A stretch of 64,000 bases of DNA, taken from an uncultured Candidatus Saccharibacteria bacterium (lineage in GTDB: Bacteria > Patescibacteriota > Minisyncoccia > GWC2-36-17 > WO2-46-25). Below, one piece after another: positions 38,088 through 47,278 of this stretch. Numbering within the stretch: position 1 is the first letter of the stretch; every line of letters starts with the position of its first letter. The stretch lies in contig CAYHUB010000002.1 in NCBI GenBank assembly GCA_964359755.1, forward strand, positions 924-64,923, read 5' to 3'. Below the pieces are notes generated by a model. The model was not told the origin of the DNA and did no database searches. It worked only from the letters and a program-made list of their open reading frames with translations. The translations under genes and the position numbers were made by a program.

Positions 38088-38932
38088 ACGCATTTTTTCC
38101 TCTTATTGCGGCGGTCATATCGGCGGGCTCGCTTACCTTCGATAAAATGATCCTATCGGTTCACAATGTCGATTATCGCGCCTATCTTCGTTTCGGCTAT
38201 CCGGTGTATTTTGGCGCGATGGTCGTATTGTTTTTGATCTTTTCCCCGCCGCTTCCCCCCGAGCTTTTTGCTGGAGAACTGCTTGCGCTGTTTTTGGCGT
38301 CTGCGGCGGTGATGCTTGTGTTGTCGATCACCTATTATCGCGCGCTTGACGATGACGGGCTGGGTGAGGTGCAAACACTCGACCTCCTGCATTATATCCC
38401 CGTGGTACTGGTATCGTTTTTTTTATTTTCCGATGAGCGCAATATGGTTGTGGTTGCCGCCGCGCTTGTTGCAACGGGTGCCGTTTTTTGGTCGCATTGG
38501 GAACATCATCGGGTTGTGATTGCAAAGCGCACGCTTGAGTTTGTAGTATGGGCGGCGGTTGCCGCGCCGATCGAGGCGGTAATCGCAAAAACACTATTGT
38601 TGTATTGGCATCCTGTGGCATTTGCAACCATACGCTCCGGCGTGATCGCAGTCGCGATCTTTCTGTTGTTTTCGAGGCATGCGGTGCGGCTGCCGGCGCA
38701 GGCAATGAGGGCTTCTTTTCTCCCTGCAGCGCTTTCCGCAGTTGCCATTACGCTGTATTTTTACAGTTTCCAGCAGTTTGGGATTGTTTACACGGTACTG
38801 CTTTTTTCTATTCAGCCGTTGTTGGTATATGTGTCCGCGGTGCTTTTCTTAAAAGAGCAATTCCACTGGAAAAAGGCGATCGCATTTGTGATCGTGCTTT
38901 GCGCGATCACTGCGGCGCAGATTCTTTCATAG
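38084..38932 (+). CDS. EamA/DMT family transporter
   Basis: About 10 TM helices in two repeats ending FFLFSDE and VLFLKE. ATGA overlap with rsmI. Confidence 0.8.
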   Translation: MNAFFPLIAAVISAGSLTFDKMILSVHNVDYRAYLRFGYPVYFGAMVVLFLIFSPPLPPELFAGELLALFLASAAVMLVLSITYYRALDDDGLGEVQTLDLLHYIPVVLVSFFLFSDERNMVVVAAALVATGAVFWSHWEHHRVVIAKRTLEFVVWAAVAAPIEAVIAKTLLLYWHPVAFATIRSGVIAVAIFLLFSRHAVRLPAQAMRASFLPAALSAVAITLYFYSFQQFGIVYTVLLFSIQPLLVYVSAVLFLKEQFHWKKAIAFVIVLCAITAAQILS

Positions 38933-38995
38933 CGCTTGGGAGGCGTCTCGCGCGGTTGTTGTGAATAAGAGAGATATGATACTGTAAGGAGTATT

Positions 38996-40501
38996 ATGGC
39001 AGAACAAAAAAAATTCTATGTGACCACGTCCATTGCGTATGTAAACGCTCCGCCGCATATCGGATATGCGATGGAGCTTGTGCAGGCGGATGTTCTTGCG
39101 CGATATCACCGTCTTTTGGGAGAAGACGTGTTCTTGCTTACCGGCACCGATGAGCACGGTAAAAAAGTAGCCGAAGCGGCGGCAAAAAACGCTATGGCGC
39201 CGCGCGCGTACGTCGATATGATAGCGGCTCGGTTTGATGCGCTCTGCTTTGCGCTCGGTGTTTCCGAATATCATTTTATCCGCACGAGCGACCAAACAAC
39301 ACACACGCCTGTTGTCCTTGATATGTGGCGAAAAATGGCGGACGCGGGCGATATCTATAAAGGAGAGTACGAAGGGCGCTACTGCGTCGGGTGCGAGGCG
39401 TTTTTGCGCGAAGCGGAAATAGATGATGAAAAACGCTGTCGTATCCATACAAAAGAAACGCAGGCGGTACGAGAAGAGAATTATTTTTTCAAATTTTCAA
39501 AATACGCGAAAAAGGTTGAACAGCTTATCCGCGACAATGTAATTCATATTGTTCCCGAGTTCCGCAAGAAAGAGGCGCTCAATCTTTTTTCCGAAGAAGG
39601 GGTGCGCGACTTCAGCGTGTCGCGGCCGAAAGAAAGCGTGGAGTGGGGGATCCCGGTGCCGGGTGACGAACGCCAGCTGATCTACGTATGGGTGGACGCG
39701 CTCTTAAATTATGTATCGGGCGCGGGCTACGGCACAGGTGATTTTAACAAACGATGGCCGCCTGACGCACAGGTGATCGGAAAAGATATTCTGCGCTTTC
39801 ACGCGATGATGTGGCCGGCGTTTTTGCTCGCATGCGGATTCTTGGAAAACAATCTGCCGAAGATGCTTGCGGTGCACGGGCATATTTCCATAGAAGGGCA
39901 GAAAATGTCCAAGTCGCTGGGGAATGTGGTTGACCCCGTGGAGCTAATCGCCAAATACGGAAAAGAGCCGGTGCGGTACTATGTATTGCGCGAGATGCCT
40001 TCGGATGATGACGGGGATTTTTCGTTCGCGCGGTTTGAAGAACGGTATACGGCGGATCTGCAAAACGGGCTCGGTAATTTGGTCTCGCGCGTGACGGCGC
40101 TTGCACTCACGCACCCCGAGGCCGTGAAAGGCATTAGGGTAAACGGAGTTACCGCGCACGCAAAGGAAACATACCAAAAATATGAAAACGCGATCAATGC
40201 GTTTCAGCTTCACCGCGCGCTTGAGCAAGTATGGACATTGGTTGAACAATCAAATAAAGCAGTGGAAGACGCAAAGCTGTGGGATCTTGCTGTAAGGGAC
40301 CCAAGAGAGGCGAATACAGTATTTACGGAGCTTGCACATAATTTTGCCGCTATCGCGTATATGCTCGCGCCGTTTCTTCCGGAGACCGCAGAAAAAATCG
40401 CTATTGCGATCGGCGCGGATATCACGGCGCTTGCCGGTAATACCGGTGTCGCAGTGTGCTTTCAAAAGCCGGCGATATCTCTTTTTCCGAAGCTACAATA
40501 A
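38996..40501 (+). CDS. metG: Methionine--tRNA ligase
   Basis: FYVTTSIAYVNAPPHIG, LTGTDEHG, YC..CE, WGIPVP, YVWVDAL.NY, IGKDILRFH and KMSKS. Confidence 0.97.
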   Translation: MAEQKKFYVTTSIAYVNAPPHIGYAMELVQADVLARYHRLLGEDVFLLTGTDEHGKKVAEAAAKNAMAPRAYVDMIAARFDALCFALGVSEYHFIRTSDQTTHTPVVLDMWRKMADAGDIYKGEYEGRYCVGCEAFLREAEIDDEKRCRIHTKETQAVREENYFFKFSKYAKKVEQLIRDNVIHIVPEFRKKEALNLFSEEGVRDFSVSRPKESVEWGIPVPGDERQLIYVWVDALLNYVSGAGYGTGDFNKRWPPDAQVIGKDILRFHAMMWPAFLLACGFLENNLPKMLAVHGHISIEGQKMSKSLGNVVDPVELIAKYGKEPVRYYVLREMPSDDDGDFSFARFEERYTADLQNGLGNLVSRVTALALTHPEAVKGIRVNGVTAHAKETYQKYENAINAFQLHRALEQVWTLVEQSNKAVEDAKLWDLAVRDPREANTVFTELAHNFAAIAYMLAPFLPETAEKIAIAIGADITALAGNTGVAVCFQKPAISLFPKLQ

Positions 40502-40503
40502 CA

Positions 40504-41274
40504 ATGCTTTTTGATTCGCATACGCATGTTAATTTCAAGGATTTTAATGACGACCGCGATGCGGTGATCAGGCGGTGCCTCGATGAAAACATCTGGATGA
40601 TCAACGTGGGGACGGACGCTCCATATTCCAAAAAAGCAGTCGAAATCGCGCACGCCTATCCCGAAGGCGTGTATGCGGCAGTCGGCGTGCACCCCAATGA
40701 TGGCGGGGAGGCAGGTGAGTTTCCGGCAATAGAAGAATTGGCGAAGGACAAAAAAGTAGTGGCGATAGGGGAAACAGGACTTGATTATTTTAGGATGGCG
40801 AATAACGAAGCGCGGGCAAAAGAAAAGCAAAAAGAGCTTTTTATCAAACACATTGAGCTGGCGCAAAAAATTAAGAAGCCGCTTATTATTCATTGCCGAG
40901 ACGCGCACGATGATCTATTGGCTTTGCTTCTCGCCACTCGCCACTCGCTACCCGCTTGTCCCGGCGTCATGCACTTTTTCACCGGGACGAAAGAAGACGC
41001 GGAGAACTATTTGGACCTCGGGTTTTACCTTTCGTTTTCAGGCGTGCTTACGTTCACGCATGATTACGACGAGCTTGTGCGGCGGGTTCCGCTCGAAAAG
41101 ATATTAGTGGAAACAGACGCGCCGTTCGTTGCTCCGGTGCCGCATCGCGGAAAAAGAAATGAGCCGTCATATATAAAATATGTGGCTCAACGGATCGCGG
41201 ATATCAAAGGATTGTCGTTTGAAGAAGTTGCAACGCGGACAACGCAGAACACCCGTGAGTTGTTTGGCGTGTAA
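40504..41274 (+). CDS. tatD: TatD family hydrolase
   Basis: DSHTH, GVHP, AIGETGLDY, IIHCRDA, HFF, ETDAPF and RGKRNEP. Follows metG, as is common. Confidence 0.95.
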   Translation: MLFDSHTHVNFKDFNDDRDAVIRRCLDENIWMINVGTDAPYSKKAVEIAHAYPEGVYAAVGVHPNDGGEAGEFPAIEELAKDKKVVAIGETGLDYFRMANNEARAKEKQKELFIKHIELAQKIKKPLIIHCRDAHDDLLALLLATRHSLPACPGVMHFFTGTKEDAENYLDLGFYLSFSGVLTFTHDYDELVRRVPLEKILVETDAPFVAPVPHRGKRNEPSYIKYVAQRIADIKGLSFEEVATRTTQNTRELFGV

Positions 41275-41286
41275 CGGCAATACCTG

Positions 41287-41709
41287 CTAATAGCAGGTGA
41301 TTTTATTCCACGGCATTTTACCTCCGGATGTATTAAAAAATGTTCCTGCAAGGGAGGTGAGGATCGTATCAATGATGATCCATGCGCCAAAGACGATCAG
41401 AAGACCAATAATGGTGTTTCTGATTATTTTTATCCCTTCCTGACGCGCGCCCGGCGACCCGCCCGAGGTGAGTATTTTGAATCCCGCGATCGCAAAGGCA
41501 AGGACTGCAAGCGAAGGAGCGATAATCGTGGTAAGCTCAGTGGCAATGGTCTCTCCAAGTGTGAAAAGATGACAGAGAGAGCACGGTTTCTTTTGCTCAG
41601 CTGTTGCATCAGCCCCGGTTCGTCCGCATGGAACAAGACCGGCGGCAAGCGCAACGAGCGGAACCGCTATCATAAAAAGCGCCCCTACAATAAGTAATTT
41701 TTTCCACAT
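41287..41709 (-). CDS. VirB2/TrbC-like (T4SS-type) pilin
   Basis: Signal peptide, GLVPCG..C..C, then AGFKILTSGG.P...G..I...IIGL.IV..AW.I pilin hairpin. Confidence 0.8.
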   Translation of the reverse strand: MWKKLLIVGALFMIAVPLVALAAGLVPCGRTGADATAEQKKPCSLCHLFTLGETIATELTTIIAPSLAVLAFAIAGFKILTSGGSPGARQEGIKIIRNTIIGLLIVFGAWIIIDTILTSLAGTFFNTSGGKMPWNKITCY

Positions 41710-41799
41710 AGATTCATTATATACCGCGCATGCCTAAAAGGGCAATTTTTCTGATTTCTACCATTGATTTCCTGCATAAAACCTGCTACCATAAGAGGC

Positions 41800-42459
41800 A
41801 TGCAAATCACATGGTACGGTCAAGCGTGTTTTAAGGTTTCAAGCGGCGATGCCACTATTATCATAAGCCCATTTGGGAAAGGAGTTGGGCTCAATCCGCC
41901 ACGAGGAAAGGCGGATGTTGTGTTGCTTTCAGGCGATGGCAATGACGGCGATATGACGACTCCCGAAGGCAGTGTTGTGATCTCGGGCGAAGGGGAATAC
42001 GAGGTGAAAGGTGTTCTGATTAACGGCTTTTCGTTTTTTCATGCTCATGAAGGAACAAAAGCGGTGCGAAAATCCACGATTTACACGATCGTTATGGAGG
42101 GCGTGACGCTGTGCCACCTTGATAACGCCACGCCTAAGCAGGTGGACGCTATTTTAGAGAAGATCGGCGAGATCGACGTGCTTATGGTGCCGGTGGGTGG
42201 CACGCATCGCATCGGGAAGGAAGAGATCCATATGCTTGATGCCGAAGCGGCGGCGTCGCTGGTGGGAAAGATAGAGCCGCGCATCGTGATCCCGATGCAT
42301 TATAAGGTTCCCGGACTCACGCTTGCATTGGGAAGCGTCGAGCCGTTTTTGAAGGCGATGGGCGTTTTGCATGGCGATGGACCCGTGGATAAAATAACCA
42401 TAAAGAAAAAGGACCTTCCACAGGAAGAAACAAAGGTTATAGCGCTTTCAGTGGCATAA
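41800..42459 (+). CDS. MBL-fold protein (UlaG-like) with degenerate metal-binding motif
   Basis: MQITWYGQACF, GEYEVKGV, IDVLMVPVGG and EPRIVIPMHY. The HxHxDH site is replaced by SGDGNDG. Confidence 0.8.
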   Translation: MQITWYGQACFKVSSGDATIIISPFGKGVGLNPPRGKADVVLLSGDGNDGDMTTPEGSVVISGEGEYEVKGVLINGFSFFHAHEGTKAVRKSTIYTIVMEGVTLCHLDNATPKQVDAILEKIGEIDVLMVPVGGTHRIGKEEIHMLDAEAAASLVGKIEPRIVIPMHYKVPGLTLALGSVEPFLKAMGVLHGDGPVDKITIKKKDLPQEETKVIALSVA

Positions 42460-42473
42460 CACTACTTTGCATT

Positions 42474-42737
42474 ATGATCCATTTTCTTCAGCAATTAAAG
42501 TATAAGCCGGAGCCGGTAAAGCGGAAGATATTTCTTTTTTCCATGATCGGCTTTTTCACGGTAGTCGTGTCGCTGTATGTATTTTCCATTCGCAATTCCG
42601 TTGCGCATTCGCTGAGCGAAAGCGCGGCGGACACCATCGGGTTGCCGGGCGAGTTTCATCTTCCCGGGCTTAAAGAAAGCGTGATGGCGAATGTAAAAGA
42701 TATTGTGGAGGGAATGAAGGGAGTGCAGGGTCAATAA
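42474..42737 (+). CDS. Small single-TM hypothetical protein
   Basis: 87 aa, L..KPE..KRKI followed by a hydrophobic helix. In operon context. Confidence 0.65.
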   Translation: MIHFLQQLKYKPEPVKRKIFLFSMIGFFTVVVSLYVFSIRNSVAHSLSESAADTIGLPGEFHLPGLKESVMANVKDIVEGMKGVQGQ

Positions 42738-42751
42738 TGTTTGAATGTATG

Positions 42752-42863
42752 ACCACCACCACGCTCCATTCTTTCTTTTATCTTAACGGAAGCGCAGCCC
42801 TTCAATACTATTTATAGAAAAGGGCGTGAGAGGATTAAAGAAAGAATGGAGCGTGGTGGTGGT
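42752..42863 (+). repeat. Family B hairpin element, copy 4
   Basis: 27-bp perfect inverted repeat ACCACCACCACGCTCCATTCTTTCTTT (42752-42778 / 42837-42863) with the same core. Confidence 0.92.
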
Positions 42864-42904
42864 AAAAATGCGGTGTGATTTCATAATGCAAGAAACAAGA
42901 ACTC

Positions 42905-45382
42905 ATGGCAGAAGAAGAACAAAAATTCTCTATAGGAAACGTTGAGCCGCGCGAGATCGTCGACGAAATGAAAGAGTCGTATCTTGATTATGCGATGTCC
43001 GTTATTGTCATGCGCGCCCTGCCCGATGTCCGGGACGGAAGCAAGCCGGTGCACCGGAGGATCTTGTACGCGATGTCCGAGCTCGGCCTTCGGCACAACG
43101 TGAAATTTTTAAAGTGCGCGCGCATCGTCGGCGATGTGCTCGGTAAATATCATCCGCACGGGGATATGGCGGTGTATGATGCGCTTGCGCGCATGGCGCA
43201 GGATTTTTCGCTGAGGTATCCGCTGGTGGACGGGCAGGGGAACTTCGGCTCGGTGGACGGCGATTCTCCCGCGGCAATGCGGTACACCGAAGCGCGCATG
43301 ACCGCGGTCGCGGAAGAAATGCTGTTTGATATCGAAAAAGAAACCGTTGATTTTGTCGACAACTATGACGGTACGCGCAAAGAGCCGAAGGTGCTTCCCG
43401 CGCGCGTGCCCCAACTGTTGCTCAACGGACAGACGGGTATTGCGGTGGGTATGGCGACAAACATCCCTCCTCATAATCTCGGCGAGCTGGTGGATGCCAC
43501 CATACACCTCATCGACCACCCGAAAGCGGATGTCACCGCGCTGCTTGAATTCGTAAAAGGACCGGACTTTCCGACAGGCGGCATCGTGTACAATCAGGAC
43601 GATATCGTGACGGTGTACAGCACCGGCAGGGGGCCTCTTACCGTGCGCGGGAAAGCGGAGATCGCGGAAACAAAAAGCGGGCACCATCAGATCATTATCA
43701 GCGAGATACCGTTTCAGGTGAACAAATCGTCGCTTATCGAGAAAATGGCCGACCTCGTTCGTGAAAAAACGATCGAAGGCATCAGAGATATCCGCGACGA
43801 ATCGGACAAAGACGGCCTGCGCATCGCCATTGATCTCAAAAACGACGCGTTCCCGCAAAAGATACTCAACAAGCTCTATAAGCTTACCGATCTTCAAAAG
43901 GCGTTCCACTGCAATATCCTCGCGCTCGTGGACGGCATTCAGCCGACCGTACTGTCGCTGAAGGCCGTACTTGAGTATTTTATCGCGCATCGCAGAGAGG
44001 TGGTGGAGCGCAGAACGCGCTATGACCTCGGAAAGGCAAAAGACCGCGCGCATATCCTCGAAGGGCTGAAAAAGGCGCTTGACCATATCGACCGGATCAT
44101 CGCGACCATTAAAAAGTCAGCATCAAAAGAAGACGCGCATGTGAGCCTGGTGCGCGTATTTGCGCTCACCGAAATTCAGGCAACCGCGATCTTGGAAATG
44201 AAATTGCAGACGCTCGCCGGGCTTGAGCGCAAAAAGATCGAAGACGAGCTCGAAGAAAAGAAAAAACTCATCGCATATCTGAGCGGCCTCTTGAAAGACC
44301 CCAAAAAGATCCTCGGCGTGGTGAAAAAAGAACTTGAAGAGATCAAAGAGAAATACGCGGACGTGAGGCGCACGAAGATCATAAAAGGAAAAGTGTCCGA
44401 GTTTAAAGAAGAAGATCTTATCCCCGATGAAGAGACCATGATCGCGCTATCGTACGGCGGATATATCAAGCGCGTGAATCCCGCGATGTACCGCACCCAG
44501 CGAAGAGGCGGAAAGGGGATCATCGGCATGGAAACAAAAGAGGAAGATGTCGTGGAGCATCTGCTCTCGACGAACGCGCACGCGAACATTTTATTCTTTA
44601 CGAACAGAGGAAAAGTTTTCCAGACGAAAGTATACGAAGTGCCCGAAGCATCGCGCGTATCAAAAGGAAAAGCGATCGCGAATATCCTCGATATCCAGCA
44701 GCAAGACACCGTGACCGCGCTGGTGCCGCTCAAAGAGATGTTGGGTAAAAAAGGGAAAGGCGACGCCGCAAGCGATATCCACTTAATCATGGCGACGAAA
44801 AATGGTATCATTAAGAAAGTGAAAGCGTCTGAATTTATCACCGTGCGGAGCACCGGCGTGCAGGCTATCACGCTTAAGGGAAGTGATATGCTCAAATGGG
44901 TGCGCATATCGCATGGCGGCGACGAGATCATTCTCCTTACCAAAAACGGCAAGGCGATCCGGTTTCATGAAAAGAACGTGCGCGCCATGGGAAGAACTGC
45001 CGGCGGCGTGCGCGCTATTACGCTCAAAGGAGGGGATGAAGTCGTGGGCGTCGACGTGATCCCTGCGGGGAGAGCAAGCGAATTTGAACTGCTTGTCATC
45101 TCGGAGAATGGGCTCGGGAAAAAGACAGCGCTTGACGAATATCGCGCGCAAGGCCGCGGAGGACAGGGGATCAAAACGTACAATGTCAGTGAAAAAACAG
45201 GAAAGCTCGTGGCATCATTGCTCATTTCACAAGAAGAGGAAGACCTTATCGCAATTTCCAAGAAAGGGCAAGTGATACGGACCCAGCTTGTGTCGATACC
45301 GGCGCTTGCGCGGGCAACGCAGGGAGTGCGGGTGATGCGGCTTGCGACAGGAGATCGGGTGGCATCCATCGTGTGTTTATAA
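42905..45382 (+). CDS. gyrA: DNA gyrase subunit A
   Basis: [34 protein letters not shown] and the GyrA-box QRRGGKG. Confidence 0.98.
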   Translation: MAEEEQKFSIGNVEPREIVDEMKESYLDYAMSVIVMRALPDVRDGSKPVHRRILYAMSELGLRHNVKFLKCARIVGDVLGKYHPHGDMAVYDALARMAQDFSLRYPLVDGQGNFGSVDGDSPAAMRYTEARMTAVAEEMLFDIEKETVDFVDNYDGTRKEPKVLPARVPQLLLNGQTGIAVGMATNIPPHNLGELVDATIHLIDHPKADVTALLEFVKGPDFPTGGIVYNQDDIVTVYSTGRGPLTVRGKAEIAETKSGHHQIIISEIPFQVNKSSLIEKMADLVREKTIEGIRDIRDESDKDGLRIAIDLKNDAFPQKILNKLYKLTDLQKAFHCNILALVDGIQPTVLSLKAVLEYFIAHRREVVERRTRYDLGKAKDRAHILEGLKKALDHIDRIIATIKKSASKEDAHVSLVRVFALTEIQATAILEMKLQTLAGLERKKIEDELEEKKKLIAYLSGLLKDPKKILGVVKKELEEIKEKYADVRRTKIIKGKVSEFKEEDLIPDEETMIALSYGGYIKRVNPAMYRTQRRGGKGIIGMETKEEDVVEHLLSTNAHANILFFTNRGKVFQTKVYEVPEASRVSKGKAIANILDIQQQDTVTALVPLKEMLGKKGKGDAASDIHLIMATKNGIIKKVKASEFITVRSTGVQAITLKGSDMLKWVRISHGGDEIILLTKNGKAIRFHEKNVRAMGRTAGGVRAITLKGGDEVVGVDVIPAGRASEFELLVISENGLGKKTALDEYRAQGRGGQGIKTYNVSEKTGKLVASLLISQEEEDLIAISKKGQVIRTQLVSIPALARATQGVRVMRLATGDRVASIVCL

Positions 45383-45411
45383 CGCAAAAGGCGGAGAGCG
45401 AAAAACGAAAT

Positions 45412-45963
45412 ATGTCTTCTGTAACCCATCACAGCGTAAAATTTCTCAATCCTTCGTTCGTGCTTGCGCAATCGGGCATCGGCGAAGGAATGCAGGTTGC
45501 CGATTTTGGCTGCGGCCAGGGAGATTTCGCGCTTGCCGCCGCAAAGCTTGTCGGACCGGAGGGAAAAGTATGCGCGATCGACATTCAGGATTCCGCGCTC
45601 AGCTCAACGAGATCAAAAGCGCGCATCGGGGGATTGCTGAACATCGTTCTTGTGAAAGGAAACGTGGAAGTTTCAGGAGCGAGCGGCTGCGCCGACGGGT
45701 CTCAAGATGCGGTCCTTCTGACCAATCTTTTATTTCAAACGGAGAAACGCGCCGAGGTTTTACATGAAGCAATGCGGGCGTTGAAGCCGGGCGGCATCGC
45801 GATATTCGTGGATTGGGAGAAAGAAGCGCCACTTGGACCCATGCGCAATTTACGCATGGAAAAAGAAGCAATAGAAAAACTTATTATACAGGAAGGATTC
45901 GTGTTTAAAAAAGAAATCGAAGCAGGCGCATTTCATTTTGGAATGTTGTTTACAAAGAAGTAG
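45412..45963 (+). CDS. Class I SAM-dependent methyltransferase
   Basis: VADFGCGQG, GKVCAIDIQ and LKPGG..VDW. Confidence 0.85.
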   Translation: MSSVTHHSVKFLNPSFVLAQSGIGEGMQVADFGCGQGDFALAAAKLVGPEGKVCAIDIQDSALSSTRSKARIGGLLNIVLVKGNVEVSGASGCADGSQDAVLLTNLLFQTEKRAEVLHEAMRALKPGGIAIFVDWEKEAPLGPMRNLRMEKEAIEKLIIQEGFVFKKEIEAGAFHFGMLFTKK

Positions 45964-45978
45964 TAAGAAACGCTTTTC

Positions 45979-47277
45979 ATGAGTAAAGTAAAATACATTA
46001 TCGGCGGGGTACTTGCTCTTGTGGGGGTATTTTGGGTACTTGTGTGGGCGGGCGTGGTGCCGGGCCTGCGGATCATTGATAAAGCGACCATTAAAAAATC
46101 AAAGTTGGTCGTGTGGGGAACAGCGGACGATGCCTCCGTCTACAACGAACTCGCCAAATTATTCAAGGCGGAGAACCCGGGTATGGAGATAACATATCAT
46201 AAAAAGGCCGAAAGCACGTATGAACAAGATCTTTTGCGCGCGTTTGCCGGAGGCGAAGGGCCGGACATATTCGGCGTACATCATACGTGGCTGTATCGCT
46301 ACGGCGATCTTATTACCGCCGCGCCGAAAGAAATCTTTCCTGCGTCGGAATTTCGCGAGCAATTTGTAGATGTAGCGCAGAGGGATTTTCTTTTTGGAGA
46401 AAACTTATTCGGTGTTCCTCTGTATACTGATACGCTCGCGCTGTATTACAACATTGACCTGTTCAACAGCGCCGGCATCGTGTTTCCGCCGAAGGATTGG
46501 GAGGAATTCACGAAATATTCTCAGGCGCTCACAAAACGCAAGCAATCCGGCGATATTGCTGTTTCGGGAGCGGCGCTCGGCGGGGGAAAGAATGTGGTAT
46601 TTTCGAGCGACATCCTTACGGCGCTCATGCTGCAAAACGGGGCGCTTTTATCGGATGCCACCGGCCGCATTAATTTCAAAAGTCTCGGCGGAGGATTGAT
46701 CCCCATAGAAAAAGCGCTTAAGTTTTATACATCGTTTGCAAAACAGACAAGTCCGAATTACAGCTGGTCGGGTACTTCTTTGGAAAATTCAGAAACCATG
46801 TTTGCGCAAGGAAAAGCGGCGATGATACTGGGATATGCGAGCACAAAAGAAAGCATTATGAGAAAGTCTCCGCGTCTGCGGTTTGCGGTCGCCCCGTTTC
46901 CTCAGGTAAAAAATGCCACCATTAAAAAGAATTACGCCGATTATTGGGGATATGCGGTGTATAAAAATTCTCCCAGCAAAGACGCGGCATGGCAGTTTCT
47001 ACATTTTCTTGCCCAGCACAATATCAGCGCGTATTATGCCTCGGTCACCCAGCGGCCGGGAAGCCTGCGGAGCGTGATTGCCGCGCAACAGGAAGATCCG
47101 CAGATAAAAATGTTCGCCGAACAGGCGCTTTCCGCGGTATCATGGATCCAACTCGACGATCAAGTGATCAAACAGGTGTTTACCGATATGATCGATGCGC
47201 AGGTTACGGGGGATCAGCCGCTTCAGCAGGCTATTTTAAGCGCCGATACAAAGATCAACACGCTGATGAAAAAGTAA
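45979..47277 (+). CDS. Extracellular solute-binding protein (family 1-like), membrane-anchored
   Basis: N-terminal TM, GEGPDIF, PLYTDTLALYYN.DLF, PKDWEEF, FAQGKAAM and AAWQFL. No permease or ATPase gene adjacent. Confidence 0.88.
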   Translation: MSKVKYIIGGVLALVGVFWVLVWAGVVPGLRIIDKATIKKSKLVVWGTADDASVYNELAKLFKAENPGMEITYHKKAESTYEQDLLRAFAGGEGPDIFGVHHTWLYRYGDLITAAPKEIFPASEFREQFVDVAQRDFLFGENLFGVPLYTDTLALYYNIDLFNSAGIVFPPKDWEEFTKYSQALTKRKQSGDIAVSGAALGGGKNVVFSSDILTALMLQNGALLSDATGRINFKSLGGGLIPIEKALKFYTSFAKQTSPNYSWSGTSLENSETMFAQGKAAMILGYASTKESIMRKSPRLRFAVAPFPQVKNATIKKNYADYWGYAVYKNSPSKDAAWQFLHFLAQHNISAYYASVTQRPGSLRSVIAAQQEDPQIKMFAEQALSAVSWIQLDDQVIKQVFTDMIDAQVTGDQPLQQAILSADTKINTLMKK

Positions 47278-47278
47278 T

